Shown here: piece after piece, positions 49,501 through 63,953 of the stretch
Layout: every line of letters begins with the position of its first letter
Numbering within the stretch: the first letter of the stretch is position 1
From: Azolla caroliniana
Taxonomy: Eukaryota; Plantae; Polypodiophyta
DNA length: 64,000 nucleotides
Reading direction: 5' to 3'
Assembly: GCA_043228905.1 (NCBI GenBank)
Contig: JBHGNT010000018.1
Span: 10,354,001 to 10,418,000, forward strand
Made by a program: the position numbers and the translations under genes
Notes under the pieces: generated by a model
Database searches by the model: none
Told to the model about the DNA's origin: nothing
The model's input: only the letters and a program-made list of their open reading frames with translations

Positions 49501-52104
49501 GGACAGAAGGTATTTTTACGTGTACCTCACAATTCTAAGACATTGTCTACGGGTAAGTGTGCTAAGTTAGCCCCATGGTTTTGTGGACCTTTTTCATTCC
49601 TCAAACGCATTGGTTCATCCGCCTATCATCTCGCTCTTCTCGATAGCATTGAAATTCATCCAGTTTTTCATGTAAGTCGTCTAAAAGAACTTCTAGGTTC
49701 TAGCAACAATACAGTTACAACTGAAACTCTGGTTACTTTTGAAGAATTATCTTCTAAACCACATGTACTAGAAAGAATTCTCGATGTTAAAACCAAAAAT
49801 CTGCGTACTAAAATAATCCGAGAATTTAAAATTAAATGGACATGGATAAATCTATCAAAGATGCCACATGGGAACGCGAAAATCCTCTCAGAACTAACTT
49901 CCCTAGCTTTCCATTGCAAGAGTGCAATGTTTTAAAGAGGGAGAGTATGTTACGAGCATGACCGTATAATATCTTGTGGTGAGAATTTACCGTATAATAT
50001 CCCGTGGTGAGAATTTACCGTAGTATTCTATACACGTGGATAAGTGTGAGGGTTAAACAAGAGTGTAAAGAAGGGGAGGATTACTTTTAATCCTCGGGAT
50101 TGAGACAACCCATTAGGCCAAGTGTGAACTTGCCTGGGGGCCTTGGGTATCGCTATAAATATGAGGCCTAGCTACCTTCATTTCATCATCTCTTGACTAC
50201 GTCGAGACTCTGTTCTTGTGGTGGGTCAACTCTTGTAGCGAGCGCGCCAACACCAGGTACGACTCGACGCCACGACGGTGGTATGGGATGCCGATTGAGG
50301 CTCGAGTCCGTCTCGATCCTTTCACTCGGGGGTGGTCGGGTGGATCGACACCCTTCTTTCTTTCTCTCTCCTTTCTTATTTCTTATATGTTTTATCCTTA
50401 TCATATGCTTATGTTAGATCATAACTCTAACATTAGGTCTCGAACACGTGAACTTTGTGACAAATGAAATAGTTTCGACCAATAGAACACAATGCCATAT
50501 CATATCTTTAAACAAAATGTTTTTGTCATTTATATATATTAGGCTACTAACTTATATATATTAAATGGATTAAATACACATATACTCAAATAGAAGGAAG
50601 ATGTGATTTTATTAATTTATCTAAACTTACACCTTAGATTTCAATCCTCCATCTCATAATTTTTGAGCTAAATTGCTCTTTTATTCTTCCCGACACATAG
50701 ATATTGTTAAGTTTGTCTCTAGATAATCCCTTCTTTCTCCCCTCCCCCCCTCATAAGATGATAGTACGCTTGTATAGTATCTCACATGCGTTAAGAGCTT
50801 GGAGCATGTCACCATTTAATCCTCATGCTTTAATTGATATACAATTTAATTACGTATTTAATATTTATGTTAGTGATATTTACATTCCTTCAAGAAGGAA
50901 AGGTGTCGAGTTTGAAAGACACTCTTTGTGTTTATTTATAAATAGATAAATTACTCTCTTTGGAAGTGGTTTCCCATTTTGTGCCATTGGTAACACGGCA
51001 ACATCTTGTTGATCGAATGAGGGCAAAAGGTAATCCTTGTCCATTGACCTATTAGGGGGTGCCTAGTGGGGTGTTGATTGAGGTCTAGGTTCCCATTAGG
51101 TTTGTTAGATGTTTCGAAATGTGGAGACCCAAATGGAAAGGAGAAGATAGTGAACAATTAGGAAGGGAGGGGCTACAATTGGGTCTAGGTCACGGAACAC
51201 AATGATAGTATAGATAAAGTTCACCCTTATTCAGTGCTTCTTAGGTTAGGTGTGTTGATGGTAGTGCAAGAATGAGAAACATGGATGATGAAAGAGGAGG
51301 TTGGAGTGCAACCTCCTAGAGTTGAGGTTGTTGAGCCAAGGTTTGCACTAGCGGAGAAGGTAGAGGACATAATTCTAGTGTGTGGTTGGTTGCAAACCCT
51401 ACTAGACTACGTGGTCATTATGCAAAGCATCTAGATGGTGTAGATGCCCATAGAGTGGGGCACCTAGGTAGGTGGTGAGTGGAGGTGGCACAAGTTGACG
51501 AGTTGGTAAGGTGGGTCACGTGGTGATAATGAGATAGAAAGGGTGGAGGGTTCAATGAGGGTGTAGGTGTGTTGGTGACATGGAGGGTGAAGAGGCCATA
51601 GTGAGGGTGGTAGACTTGCGTAAGAGGAGGAGAGAGGGGAAGAAAAATGTTTGTATTCTTATTATTAATGTGATTAATAATGATAATTTATTATTATCAT
51701 TATCATTAAAAGTACTAGTAGACTAGTAAAGAAAGTACAACCAAGCCACAACATTCTCTAGATAAGCAAGATGAAGAAGAACGCAATATCAGTACAATGA
51801 CTTGAATCGGAAAATCTTCGCCGATGACATGTAGGGCCTATTACTGTCGGTGAAATCCCCAAAGAGCATAGTAGAGAACAATGAAAATCAACTTGAAATA
51901 TGTTGACTTCTCAAGCAAAGTACAATATCACCCTACCCAAAATGATATGAAAATTTGCAGTTGATCTTGGACACTCATCCGTACGAAGAAGAATGGAAAC
52001 CCCCTGCTCGAAAATTGAAAATTTGGATTAATTGAGCAACCATATGATCAAGCCTCCTTGTCATTCCATAGAAATGCTTCCTCCTCCAATAATATCATCC
52101 TTCT

Positions 52105-55100
52105 TGTTGAGAGACAAGCTCAACATGGGACGAATCGGTTGAAGAAGCAGAGAGACGAATTGGTTGAAGACCGATTGAACAAGCCTGAATCAGCTAAAGA
52201 AGTCGAGAACCGAATCGAATAGAGTTCGATTCGGGTATGACAAGTCAAATGGAATCCGATAGGCCGTTAAGGACCTATATTCCTATTCTGGTAAATAGGA
52301 ATATTATAGGCTGTTAGTGTCAGGATCATTTATGAGCATTCAAGTACTTGTTTGTACTTGAGTCAACCCACTCATCAGGTCTTGTATATAAAGTGCACTC
52401 TGAGCACTATTGTATGTACTGAGTCTTTTAGTAATCGAGTTGTTTGCTCCACTCAATCTCTCTCTCATGTTCTCTGTGTTACCTAACAGTCGAGTTTCCG
52501 AATAACTGACTGAGTACTTAGTGTCTGTCGCACATGAATACTTTTCATGGTATTAGAGCGCGAGAGTTCAAAATCCTCTACAACCGACAGAAAAGCAAGC
52601 GAACAAGACAATGACAAGGTTTCTTGTTTTCGGAAAAGAAAGACAGGAACATGGATAGAGAAATGGGAAGCTCGCTTCTGATAGAGACGCTTGATAGGAG
52701 CAACTATGCATCTTAGTTGTACAAGATGCACCAGTACCTACTCGGGCATAGTTATTGGAGTTATGTCGAAGGAGCCAATGATGCAGCACTAGAGTCGACA
52801 CATAGAGATTTCCCGGCTTGGGAACAGGCAACGCGCAGTGTTCTGTACTACTTCACATCTTGTGTGAGGGACCAACTACTGAACTATATTCGGGACGCCA
52901 AAATGCCAAAGGATGCTTGGGGAAATCTGAAGAAGATTTTCGTAGCGAGCACCACAACAAAAAAGCTTTAACTCAGGCAAGAGTTGAGTAATGTCTGACA
53001 ATACGATATGTAAGTGGTTGACTACACCTCCAAGTTCAAGGAGATCTGTGACTCCCTTGCCTCCGTCAATGTGAACGCCGAGGAGGGTGAAATGGTGAAG
53101 GTTGACCTAAGAGGGTTGGCGTCAAAGTTCGAAGCATTCCGAATGGTAGTCTGCACGAGGGAGAATACAGCTAAGCGTTTTTTGAGCTACAATCGATGTT
53201 GCTTGTAGAAGAAAACCACTCGTGTTTGTCGATGAGTATGCAGACCGACAAAAAAATGTTGTACACAGAGGTAGATGGGCCCCATGGTCATGGTGGACGA
53301 GGTTGATCGGCACACAATGGTGGCGGTCGACAAGAGCAGAACCAAAGGCACAAAGGCACATAGGAGGTGTCGGTAGCAGTTCCGGACCCTCCACGAGTAG
53401 GGGAAGTCATGGCCGCGTTAGAAGCCAACAAGGGAAGCTCGAGATGGATTGCTAGTATTGTGGCAAGAAACGCCACAAGGAGAGCAACTGTTGGAAGAAG
53501 CGTGCCGATTCGGACAAAGCAGGATCGAGCCGAGGAGACACAGATAGGTGTTAGAGATCGCACTATGCCCAAGGCTTAGGGTGAGCCAAGACGGGCCTAG
53601 CCTTCATAATGAAGCACAAGGCCATTTGATGGTGGTGAACACCCCAAGGTGGAACAAGGTGTGCTATGTGGATTCGGGCGCATCGAACCATGTAACAAAT
53701 CACAAGCAGTGGTTCTCGAATTTGGAGAAGCCAGAGTAGTCGGGGGTTGTCGAAACTGGTGACAACACCCCTCACCCCATCGAACATATTGGAGATGTCC
53801 CCTTGAGCCATGTCGGCCTAAAAGGGATAATGGGAAATCTGTTGCATGTGCCGAGAATCACCAAGAACTTGGTGTCGGTCAGACAAATAGTTGACCAGGG
53901 CATGAATGTTCGATTTACTCATCTTGGGTGCTTCATTGAAGATGTTTATTGCGCAAGGGTGCTGAGAAGAGAGGATGTTTATCCTCGAGACGAACAACGT
54001 TGGCACTACTATGTTCACCAAAGGGCAGAAGGTCGAATAAGATATTGACGTGTGGCACAAGCGGTTCAGCCACGTCAACTTCTTGCGGCTTTGGGAGATG
54101 CAAATGAAAAACATCGTTTTCGGCTTGCCAAAATTCAGTGACCGAAGGGGCTAGGATTGCAAAGACTTCTAGGTAGGGAAGCATCACTGAATTCAGTTCC
54201 CCAATGAGAGAAACTGGAGCTGAAATAAGCTCGATTTGATCCACTCGAATGTGTGGGGGGTGGCGCAGAACGTGATTATCAGTGGAAGTCGTTACTTTGT
54301 AACCTTCATCGATGGCTACACTCGGCACACTTGGGTGTGCTTGATCGAGAAGAAAAGCAAAGTCTTCTCCTGCTTCTTGAAGGGGGAAAGCCTTGCCAAA
54401 TGGGAGACCGGTCGAAAGATCAAGTGCCTTAGGCTGATGGCGAAAAAGAGTACTTTTCCAACCAGTTCTCGAGTTATTTGCAAAAGGAAGGAATTCGATG
54501 CGAATTCTTCTACAAATACATGTTGCAATAGAACAAAATCAAAGAAGCGGCAAGGGAAATGCTTGAGAACCATAGATTGAAGTTCTAATGGGCCGACGCA
54601 GTTAGAACATCGGTATACCTGCAAAATTGGACTTCTGAAAATGGAGGAGTGTCGCCACATGAGTTGTATTTCGGGAAGAAGCCGAACTGGGCACACTTGA
54701 GGGTATTCGGTAGCATTGTATATATGCATGTGTTGAAGTAAACGCAGATGAAGTTAGACGCGAAAGTTGAGAAGTGTATCTTGGTCGGCCACTCGGATGA
54801 GCAAAAGGGTTATAAATGTTATAACCCCCGAATGAAAGAGGTCCGAATAAGCCAAGATGTCGTTTTCGATGAGTTGGCTTTGTGGTACTTGCCTTCACCT
54901 TGAACCCCAATCCACTCCATTCTGAATTCTGGCGATGACGCTAGTTAGGCCCTTGGAGGAAGAGGAAATCGGAACTCTGGAAGAGAGTCCGATCTCATTT
55001 CGGCTAAGTGGGCTGAATGAGTGACTGAGTCGAAAGGATCAGTCGGATGAAGAGCCGGCGAGTAGTGGAGATTCGATCGTGCAGTCCTGATGCTAGAAAC

Positions 55101-55288
55101 CGAGGAGACGGTGTACGCGCAAGGAGAAGGGGAAGATGAAGACGCTGCAACATGGCAGCGAGGCCGATACATTGGATCGAAGAGAATCTGATGTGGCCCA
55201 AAGAAAAGAGGAACCTCTGAAAACAAGGTTGAAGTCAACCGAGAGGGCTATGAAATCAGCGAACCAGAAGTTGCATTGATCCACCTGC
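52105..55288 (+). mobile_element. Degenerate Copia element (G): 5' LTR, PBS, gag/protease/integrase remnants, interrupted at 55288
   Basis: LTR 52105-52547 (TGTTGAGAGACAAGCTCAAC...TTTTCA), PBS TGGTATTAGAGC 52548-52559, YVDSGASNH and integrase fragments. Confidence 0.85.
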
Positions 55289-55597
55289 TGTCATGATATA
55301 GCATGGTATGGCTTTAAAAGGATTTGAACCGATGACCTTGTGTCACATGAGTTGAAGTCCTACCATTAAGCTATATATTGCTATACAAAAAATTTTATTT
55401 CCATTTATTATTTCACTTAGGAAATCCATGTATATTCTAGATTTCTTTGGAACATTCTAGAAATGTCAAGAGTATTCCTAAGCATACTATAAAAAGAGGC
55501 ACATGGAATTATTGAGAACCAATTCGGTTCAACGCCAGTCTTAAGCCTCCTAGCTACTCTTGTATCTTATCTTCATATAATATACCACTTGTTATCA

Positions 55598-55629
<32 letters not shown>

Positions 55630-56905
55630 CTTCTCTCGTGAGTCTCCACACATTTTTCCCCTTCTTAGTACTAATCCTCATTCTTCCTCTTTATCTTTAG
55701 TACTAATTCTCTCTAGTATTGTCCCTGATAGTTTGAACCGAATTGCTCATCCCCTTATCCCTCCTTCCCTTCATATTAATCCTCTTATCCTTCCTACAAA
55801 ATGGCAACTATTAGCGCTCAAGAATATCAATCCGTTTTCTCCGAGTTCCAGTGCTTAAAAGAGAAGTTTGTAGCACTAGAACAAGAAAACCAACGTCTAT
55901 TGGGGGATATTCAAGAAATAGCTCTAGAAAAACAACAACAACATGGGAGTTGACGTTACGTGTGCAACAACTTGAAGCAACCATTGTGTCACTACAACAA
56001 CAAGGATCAAGCACTCAAGGGACTCCCAAAGAACCCAAGATCGGTCTTCCTATGAAGTTTGATGGAACACGATCACAATTTAGATTATTTCTTAATTAGG
56101 TACATTTGGTGATTCAAATGCATCCTTCTCGATATCCCACTAATGCATCACGAGTGGGACTAGTAGGCACACTACTTAGTGGCACAACTCTGGCATGGTT
56201 TGCCCCTTTGTTAGAAAAAGGCTCTCCGTTGTTAAATAATTTTGAAGAGTTTATGAGCGAGTTTAAAGCATGTTTTGGAGATACTGATAACGTTAGGATG
56301 ACACTCAACAAAATCCGAAGACTGGGTCAAGGTGATCGGCTGGCCTTAGCTTATGCTGTGGATTTCAGTCTTCTCTTCTCGCCACCGATATTCCCTGGGA
56401 TGACCAAGAATTCATGGAGCAATTTCACTATGGCCTACGTAATGATGTCAAGGATTTACTCCTGACCTTCCCCGAAGAACCAAAGTTGCTCACAGAAGCA
56501 ATCACTCGAATAGTACGATGCGATACCCGCCTTTTCAAACGACGTTCGGAACGTCAGTTCCAGATGCCAAGGACAAGATCAGAGCCCACCTACGCCTCAG
56601 TTGTAGCAAAAACTTTTCCAAGAGAGTCATATAATGCGTCTCCAACAAATACTCCAACTCCAATGAAAATCGACACCACACATCGTCGCGCACCATTATC
56701 GGAAGAAGAAAAGCAATGACGCCGAGCAAATCGACTATGTCTTTATTGTGGTGGAACGGGGCATATTGTAGTGAACTGTCCTCATAGGCCAAGAACACAG
56801 GTAAATCAAATAAGTGCTAGTACTAATAATATTATGCCCGAGTCTATTTCATTAGAAATGTCTAATAGTTCTAATAGCCCAAGCCTATCAAACAAATTTG
56901 AAGTC

Positions 56906-59900
56906 TGTAAAAGAATACATGTGCGGAAGCGTGTGCGTAAACGCAGAGTACATAGTTCGGAAATGAGACAGAAAACACAGAGAGAGAGCAGACAACTCAA
57001 TTCTATTTCAAAATAATGACACTCTATATATAGGATGTGCTTAGTGAGCAGTTAATACAAGTCCATATGGACTGACAGAAGTACTGACACGTACTTCAAT
57101 GCTTATAACTGAGCTCTACACTAACTCCCAAAATATATTCCTACGCAGAATATCTTTCCAACGGCCTCACGGTTTACGCAGCACTACGGCTTACGTTATG
57201 CGTACTATATTACGCATCCATTCTACGCACTAGGTTATGCACCGTGTTACACACCCAACGTTAAGCTTGTCACTCAACACTCCCCCTCAAGCTCAACTTG
57301 AGGTTCCGTCCGCTCTTCCGGATCTACGTTCCAGTTCCTTCTGGCTTCACCGCCTCACTCGCGCTCCTCGACCCTTCCGGTCAGCTTATCAGCTTGTTCG
57401 GCCCTTCTCAGCTCCCTTGCTTTCGCGGTGTCGGCATGTCCTTCGCTGCCCTTTCCTCCACATGGCTTTCAATCGAACATTCCGATTGAGTCGAACACTT
57501 CCAACTCAATTCCGCTCTCATCCGAATTGGCTGTCTCCAATTCGTCTCCTATCTTTAGGCCTTTGACTACATCAGACCACGTGTTGGTCTTGGCCTTTAT
57601 GCCCTTCTTGGCTGTATCTCCCCTTGATTTGGCTATCCTCGGCTCTTCCCTACGATTGTGGCCCTTTCTCTCTTCTTTGTCTTCTTCAATCGGTCCGAAA
57701 TTGAATTCTTCATCCGATTCCTCATCACGGTCACTTCCGCCGTGATGAACACCTCCGCTCCTTTCATGCCCTTGTTCCTGTTCTTCCTTTCTCCCCCTCA
57801 AGTTCGGCGTGTTGAGGTGACACAACCCTAGCTCACCTGAGAAATGCCGTAACTTGTGGAGACCAAGAGGCTTGTTGAAGATGTTGGTATCCTGCCGATC
57901 CGTCGGAACATATGCTAGTTCGACTTCACCTGAAAGGACCCGCTCGCGGACAAAATGGTAATGCACCTCAATGTGCTTGGTCCAAGCGTGGAACACGGGG
58001 TTTTTCGCAAGGTGTATACTACTGAGGTTGTCGCAATAGATCGTCGTCGGATCAGACACCTCTACATGCAGATCTCGTAATAGCCGTTTCAGCCAAATGA
58101 CTTCGCACGTAGCGATAGTCGCCCCTCGTTATTCGGCCTCCGTGCTTGACAATGCCACGGTCGGCTGCTTTTTGCTGCTCCACAGGATCGCTGCACTTCC
58201 TAATGAGAAGGCGTATCTGGATGTGGATCTACAATCATTGGCGTTTCTGGCCCAATCGGCATCCATGTAGCCAACCAATTGTTTGGCTACGCCTGCTTGA
58301 TACAGCAACGCCATGTCTTTCGTGTCGCTGACATATCGCAATATCCTTTGCGTGCACTGAAAGTGTTCGGCCATAGGCTGCGACATAAATTGACTGATTT
58401 GGCACCATTAACTTGCTCTAAAAGACTTGATATAAGAGGAAGTGCATACCTATTACGGATGGTGACTTTATTCAAGCCGCGGTAATCAACGACCAGACGA
58501 AGTGAGCCATCTTTCTTCTTGACAAAGAAGATGGGTGCACCTGCCAAAGATTTCGAATGACGAATGAACCTGTTTGCCAAGTTCTCCTCTATGTATGCTC
58601 GAAGAACTTCTAACTCGGTGGGCGACAAGTTGTAAATTAGTCCCCATGGCGGCTCTATTCCTGGTTGTAAATTGATGGGACAATCATAGGGACAATGATG
58701 AGGAAGAGTACCAGTTTTTATCTTGTCAAATACATCGGCATGAGGATGATATTTTGCCGGAAGTTGCACTAGGGATTCCTTCTTAATAGTGCTGGAAGGA
58801 TGTACTGATATTGCAAATAGGAACATTTCCTCCTTGTGTCCTTCTTCGCGTAATTGATGGAGTGAAATGGTCGAAACTCGATGAGTGGATTCTTGGGGTT
58901 ATTGATGTCGGACTTCTCTTGTTCTCCAATCTATGTCTGGATTATGTAATTCAAACCAAGGTAATCCTAGGACAATGGGATGCTCTGGACTACTAGTTAT
59001 ATTAAATGATACTACACACACAAAACTACCTAGGACAACTTGAATGGGTTCTGACTCTTCTACAATAATCTCGGAAGCAATGGGATGACCATTAATGACT
59101 ACTACAGATGTGGGGCAAGGAAGTTTTCTTAAGGATATCTAAGAAGCTTGGGCAAAATTTTGATCCATGAAACAGGAATTAGCTCTGGAATCTAGAAGTG
59201 CTAGGACGTGTATTGGGGGAGTACTTTAGTACTAACCATGACTTGGGTTAGGAACACATTGCTATCTTGCTTGGAGGGAATGGAACCACTAATGGGCTGT
59301 ACAGATCTAGGGTTGTCCAACCAAACGACTCCTATTTTGGTTGGACTCAATCGTTTAACTCTTCATCTAATTGACTAAGGATTTCAAATTTGTTTGAGAT
59401 ACTTGGGCTATTAGTACTATTAATACTATCAGACACTCTATTAGTACTATTATTACTATTAGATACTCCTAAGGGAAGAATTGACTCGGGTTTAGTACAG
59501 GCTACGATTTGATTTACCTGTCTTCTTGGCCTATGGGGACAATTGATTGCGATATGCCCTGGTCCACCGCAATAAAGACATAATCGATTTACACGTCATC
59601 GTCATTTTTCTTCTTCCGATAACGGGCCACGTCGACGCATGGTATCGATCTCCATTGGTGTCGGAGTATTTGCTTGAGGTACGTCGCGTACAAATAGTTT
59701 AGCCGCGACTGAGGCGTAAGTGGGCTTCGGCCTAGAGCGTGGTATTTGTAATTGACATTCCAAATGCCGTTCGAAAAGGCGGTTGTCACATCGGACCGCT
59801 CGACTGATTGCCTTCGTAAGAGACTTTGGTTCTTCGGGGAAGGTTAATAGTAAATCTTTGACATCGTTTCGCAGGCCGTAGCGAAACTACTCCATTAGTG

Positions 59901-60679
59901 CCTGATCATCCCAGGGGATATCTGAAGTGAGTAGACGGAAATCCGCTGCCTAGGCAGAGGCTGGACGATCGCCTTGACGCAATCGTCGGATTTTGTTGAT
60001 CACCGTCCGGATGCTGTCGGTATCTCCAAAGCAGGCTTTAAACTCACTAATAAAGTCTTCAAAGTTATTAAACAAGGGCGATTGTTTTTCTAGAAGCGGA
60101 GCGAACCATGCCAAGGCTAAGCCGCTAAGCAACGTGCCCATTAGGCCGACTTGGGATGCATCCGTGGGGTATCGGGAAGGATGCATTTGGATGACTAAGC
60201 ATACCTGATTAAGGAATCCCTTGAATTGTGATCGCGTTCCATAAAATTTCACAAGAAGTTCAATCTTGGGCTCTTTATGAAATCCTTGGGAACTTGATCC
60301 TTGTTGTTGCAACGCTGCTTCGAGTTGTTGCACCCGTAACGCTAACTCCCCATGTTGTTGCTGCGTTTGTTGTTTTTCGAGAGCGATTTGTTGCAGATCC
60401 CCTATCAATCGTTGGTTTTCTTGTTCCAAGGCAACCAATTTTTCTTTTAGACACTGTAGCTCGGAGAAAACGGATTGATATTCTTGGGCGCTAACAATAG
60501 CCATAGTATAGGAAAAGGGGTAGGAGGATGAGGAAAAACGACAAGTAGACTTGAGGCGGAAAATGGTTCAAACTGTCAGGAATAGTACTAAAACAAAGAG
60601 AGAATTAGTACTGGAAAACGGAAGTGCTATTAGTACTAAGAGGATGGGACTGTGTAAGACTCCCGAGAGAGGAAGAGAG

Positions 60680-60730
<51 letters not shown>

Positions 60731-63661
60731 GATAACAGAGGATATATTATGTGAAGAGTAAGTAGAAAAGGGCTACGAGGCTTAAGACTAGCTTTGAACC
60801 AATTTGGTTCAAAATAATGCCTAGTGCCTTCTTTTAAAGTGTTCTCAGGAGTAATCCTAAAGCTTCTAGAGTGTTCCAGAGAAATCTGTCCTATAATAAA
60901 ACTTAAATGAAAATAATATCCTAATACAATAGATGGTATAATGGTCAAGAGCTCGACCCATATAACATAAGGTCATGGGTTCGAGTCTTGCCATATCATG
61001 ACAGCCGACTAAGATGCACTTTTCGGCTTTGGCATCCAGCTTCGTCCTCTTTTCCTTCGGCACATGCACATATGCAATGCTACCGAAAATCCTCAAGTGT
61101 GCCAAGTTCGGCTTCTTCCCAAAATACAGCTCATGTGGCGACACTCTTCCATTAGCAAAAGTCTGATTCTGTAGGTAGACAACCGTCTTCATGGCTTCAG
61201 CCCAATAGAATTTCGGCATATGCTTCTCTTCAAGCATTGCCCTGGCCGCTTCTTCGATTGTCCGATTCTTCCGCTCGGCCACGCTGTTCTGTTGTGGCGT
61301 GTATCTACACAAGAATTCGTGTCGAATTCCCTCCTACTGTAGATAACTTGTGAACTGGTCGGAGAAGTACTCCTTCCCACCATCGGACCATAGGCATTTG
61401 ATCTTACGCCCTGTTTCCCTTTCCGCAAGGCTCTTCACCTTCAGGAAACATTTGAAGACTTCGCTCTTCTTCGTGATTGTGCATACCCACGTGTGCCGAG
61501 TGAAGTCGTCGATGAAGGTTACAAAGTAACGACTTCCACTGAGACTCACATTTTGTGTTGGTCCCCACACATCTGAATGGATCAAATCCATTGGACTTCG
61601 ACTACGATTACGCTCATTGGGGAATGGAAGTCGGTGTTGTTTTCCCATCTGATAGGCTTCGCAGACTTGGCCATTACGGCCCCGGAATTTCAGCAAGCCG
61701 AAAACAATGTTCTTCGTCAGCATCTCACGAAGCCGTGGGAAATTTACATGGCTGAATCACTTGTGCCACAGGTTGATATCCGATTCGACCTTTTGTCCTT
61801 TCGCGTACAACGTGGTTCCAACTTGATTAGTGTCGAGGATGAACATCCTCCCTTCATGGCGCCCTTGCGTGATTACTTTGCCTTCCTCTTCTATGAAGCA
61901 GCCGAGATGCGTGAATCGAACCTGCATTCCCTGGTCGACGATCTGACTGACCGACACCAGGTTCTTCGTTATTGTTGGGACGTGCAACACGTTCATGAGT
62001 TTCCCTTTTTTGCCCGACGTGGCTGAGGGGAACTTCTTTGACATGTTTGATGGTATGCAGAGTGTCGTCTCCCGTTTCGACCACTCTTTGCGATTCCGGT
62101 TTCTCCATGTATGAGAACCATTCCTCGTGACTCGTCAAATGATTTGATGCTCCGAAATCAGCATACCACACCTCGCTCGATTTCGAGGTGTTTAAAGTGA
62201 TAGAATTGGCCTTATGCTTCATGATGAAGCCTGGGCCCGATTTGTTTTCGGCTCGTTCAGAGCCTTCTGCGTACTGCGATCTCTGACACCTCTCTACGTC
62301 TCTGCGTCTCTTCGGCTTGATTCGGCTTTGTCCGAATCGCCTCTCTTTTTCCAACACTCGCTCTCCTTGTGGCCTTTCTCGCCACAGTACCAAAATTTCG
62401 ACGCGGCCTTCTCTTGCCGGCTTCCGATGCTGCCAAGACTCCCCCTGCTTGTGGAGGGTTTGGAACTACTCTCGGCATATCGATTATGCCGCTTGTTCTG
62501 CTCTTGTCGGCTGCTTCCATTGCGCGTCGATCCGCCTCATCCACCACGACCACGGGGCCTATCTTCTTCCGTGTACACCATCTTGCCATCGGTGTGCGTA
62601 CTTGTCGACACACCCGCGTGATTTTCCTCCATGACCAACATTGATTGAAGCTCGAAGAACGAAGGCATATTCTACCTCGTACAAACTGCCGTTTGAAAGG
62701 CTCCAAACTTGGACACTAGCCCACCAAGGAAAAACTGCACCATTTCATCTTCCTCAACGTTCACACTGATGGAGGCAAGAGAATTGCAGATTTTCTTGAT
62801 TCGAGCAGTGTAATCAACCATAGATAGATCTTTCTGCCGGACATTGCTGAGCTCCTGCCTGAGCTACAGCTTTCTAGTCATTGTGCTTGCGGAGAAAATC
62901 ATTTTGAGATTCACCCACGCGTCCTTTGGCGTCTTGGCATCCCGAATATAACTCAATAGCTGGTCGCTTACACAGGATGCAAAGCAGTAGAGAACTCTGC
63001 TTGCCGCTTGTTCCCAAGTCGAAAAATCTATGTGTGTCGAATCAGCTGCTACATCATTAGCGCCTTCGACATAACTCCAATAGTCGTGACTGAGCAGGTA
63101 CTGGTGCATCTTGTACGACCAAGATGCTAGTTGCTCCTGTTGAGTTTTTTAGTCAGTAGCAAGCTTCCCATACCCTTGTCCATATTGTTGCCTTTTTCTT
63201 TTCCGAAAAAAAACGAAGAACAACTTCAACTCTGTTTTGTCGCAAGCTTTTCTTGTCAGTTGCAAAGGACTTCAACCCTCGCGCTCTGATACCATGTAAA
63301 AGAATACATGTGCAGAAGTGTGTGCGTAAACACAAAGTACACAGTTCGGAAGGCAGAAAACACAGAGATGAAAGACAGAGAGAGAGCAGACAAGTCAATT
63401 GTATTTCAAAATAATGAGACTCTATACATAGGATGTGCTCAGTGAGCATTTTATACAAGTCCATACGAACTGACAAAAGTACTGACACGTACTTCAATTC
63501 TCATAACTGAGCTCTACACTAACTCCCAAAATATATTCCTACGCGGAATATCTTTCCAATGGCCTCACGGTTTACGCACCGCTACAATCTACATTATGCG
63601 TACTATTTTACGCACCTGGTGCACCGTGTTACGCACCCAACGTTGAGCTTGTCACTCAACA
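56906..63661 (-). mobile_element. Degenerate Copia element (I), related to G, inserted in the gag of H
   Basis: LTRs 56906-57279 and 63295-63661, TSD AAGTC (56901-56905, 63662-63666), PBS complement 63283-63294, PPT ~57280-57288; RNase H 57469-58386, integrase/protease/gag 61004-63150. Confidence 0.92.
58398..61003 (-). mobile_element. Truncated Tcn1-like chromovirus (J) nested in Copia I: 5' LTR ~60650-61003, gag, protease, RT N-terminus
   Basis: LTR start TGTCATGA at 61003; gag ORF 59950-60504 similar to H gag; ORF 58287-58826 matches the RT start of the pol at 186-3794. Confidence 0.88.
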
Positions 63662-63953
63662 AAGTCCTTAGTCAACTAGAAGAAGAGTTAAACGACTAAG
63701 TCCCAACCAAAATAGGAGCCATTTGGTTGGAAAAACCTAGATCTGTGCAGCCATTAGGGGTTCCATTCCCTCTAAGCAAGTTAGCAATGTCTTCCTATTT
63801 CAAGTAACAATTATTACTAAAAGTACTCCTCCAGTACATCTCTTAGCACTCCTAGATTCCGGAGCTAATTCTTGGTACATGGATAAGAATTTCTCCCAAG
63901 CTCATCAGATATCCTTAAGAAAACTCTCGTGTCCGGCCTTTGTAGTAGTCATT

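Larger units (their letters stand above)
40159..50432 (+). mobile_element. Degenerate Ty3/Gypsy element (family B, copy 2) with a nested Copia
   Basis: LTRs 40159-40613 and 49948-50432, TSD TTAGG (40154-40158, 50433-50437), PBS TGGTATCTGAGC 40616-40627, PPT ~49934-49945, zinc knuckle and broken RT/RNase H/integrase at 46833-49935. Confidence 0.92.
55289..63953 (+). mobile_element. Degenerate Tcn1-like chromovirus (H): 5' LTR ~55289-55650, gag 55801-56905, resuming at 63662 with gag end and protease
   Basis: LTR start TGTCATGA as at 3787; gag with CLYCGGTGHIVVNC knuckle; continuity across the AAGTC TSD; LLDSGANS protease at ~63850. Confidence 0.85.

Noticed and set aside
50437-50500. Another degenerate A/B-box-like segment flanking the family-B insertion
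   Set aside because: Too decayed to assign; it may be an old chromovirus LTR or SINE remnant, but no boundaries are visible.
55309-55373. Functional tRNA genes in the chromovirus LTRs
   Set aside because: A and B boxes are present but I cannot build a convincing acceptor or anticodon stem; reported as a tRNA-like module instead.
57469-57800. Possible env-like or extra gene after Copia RNase H
   Set aside because: It is a short charged, low-complexity extension of the RNase H frame with no transmembrane or other recognisable domain.
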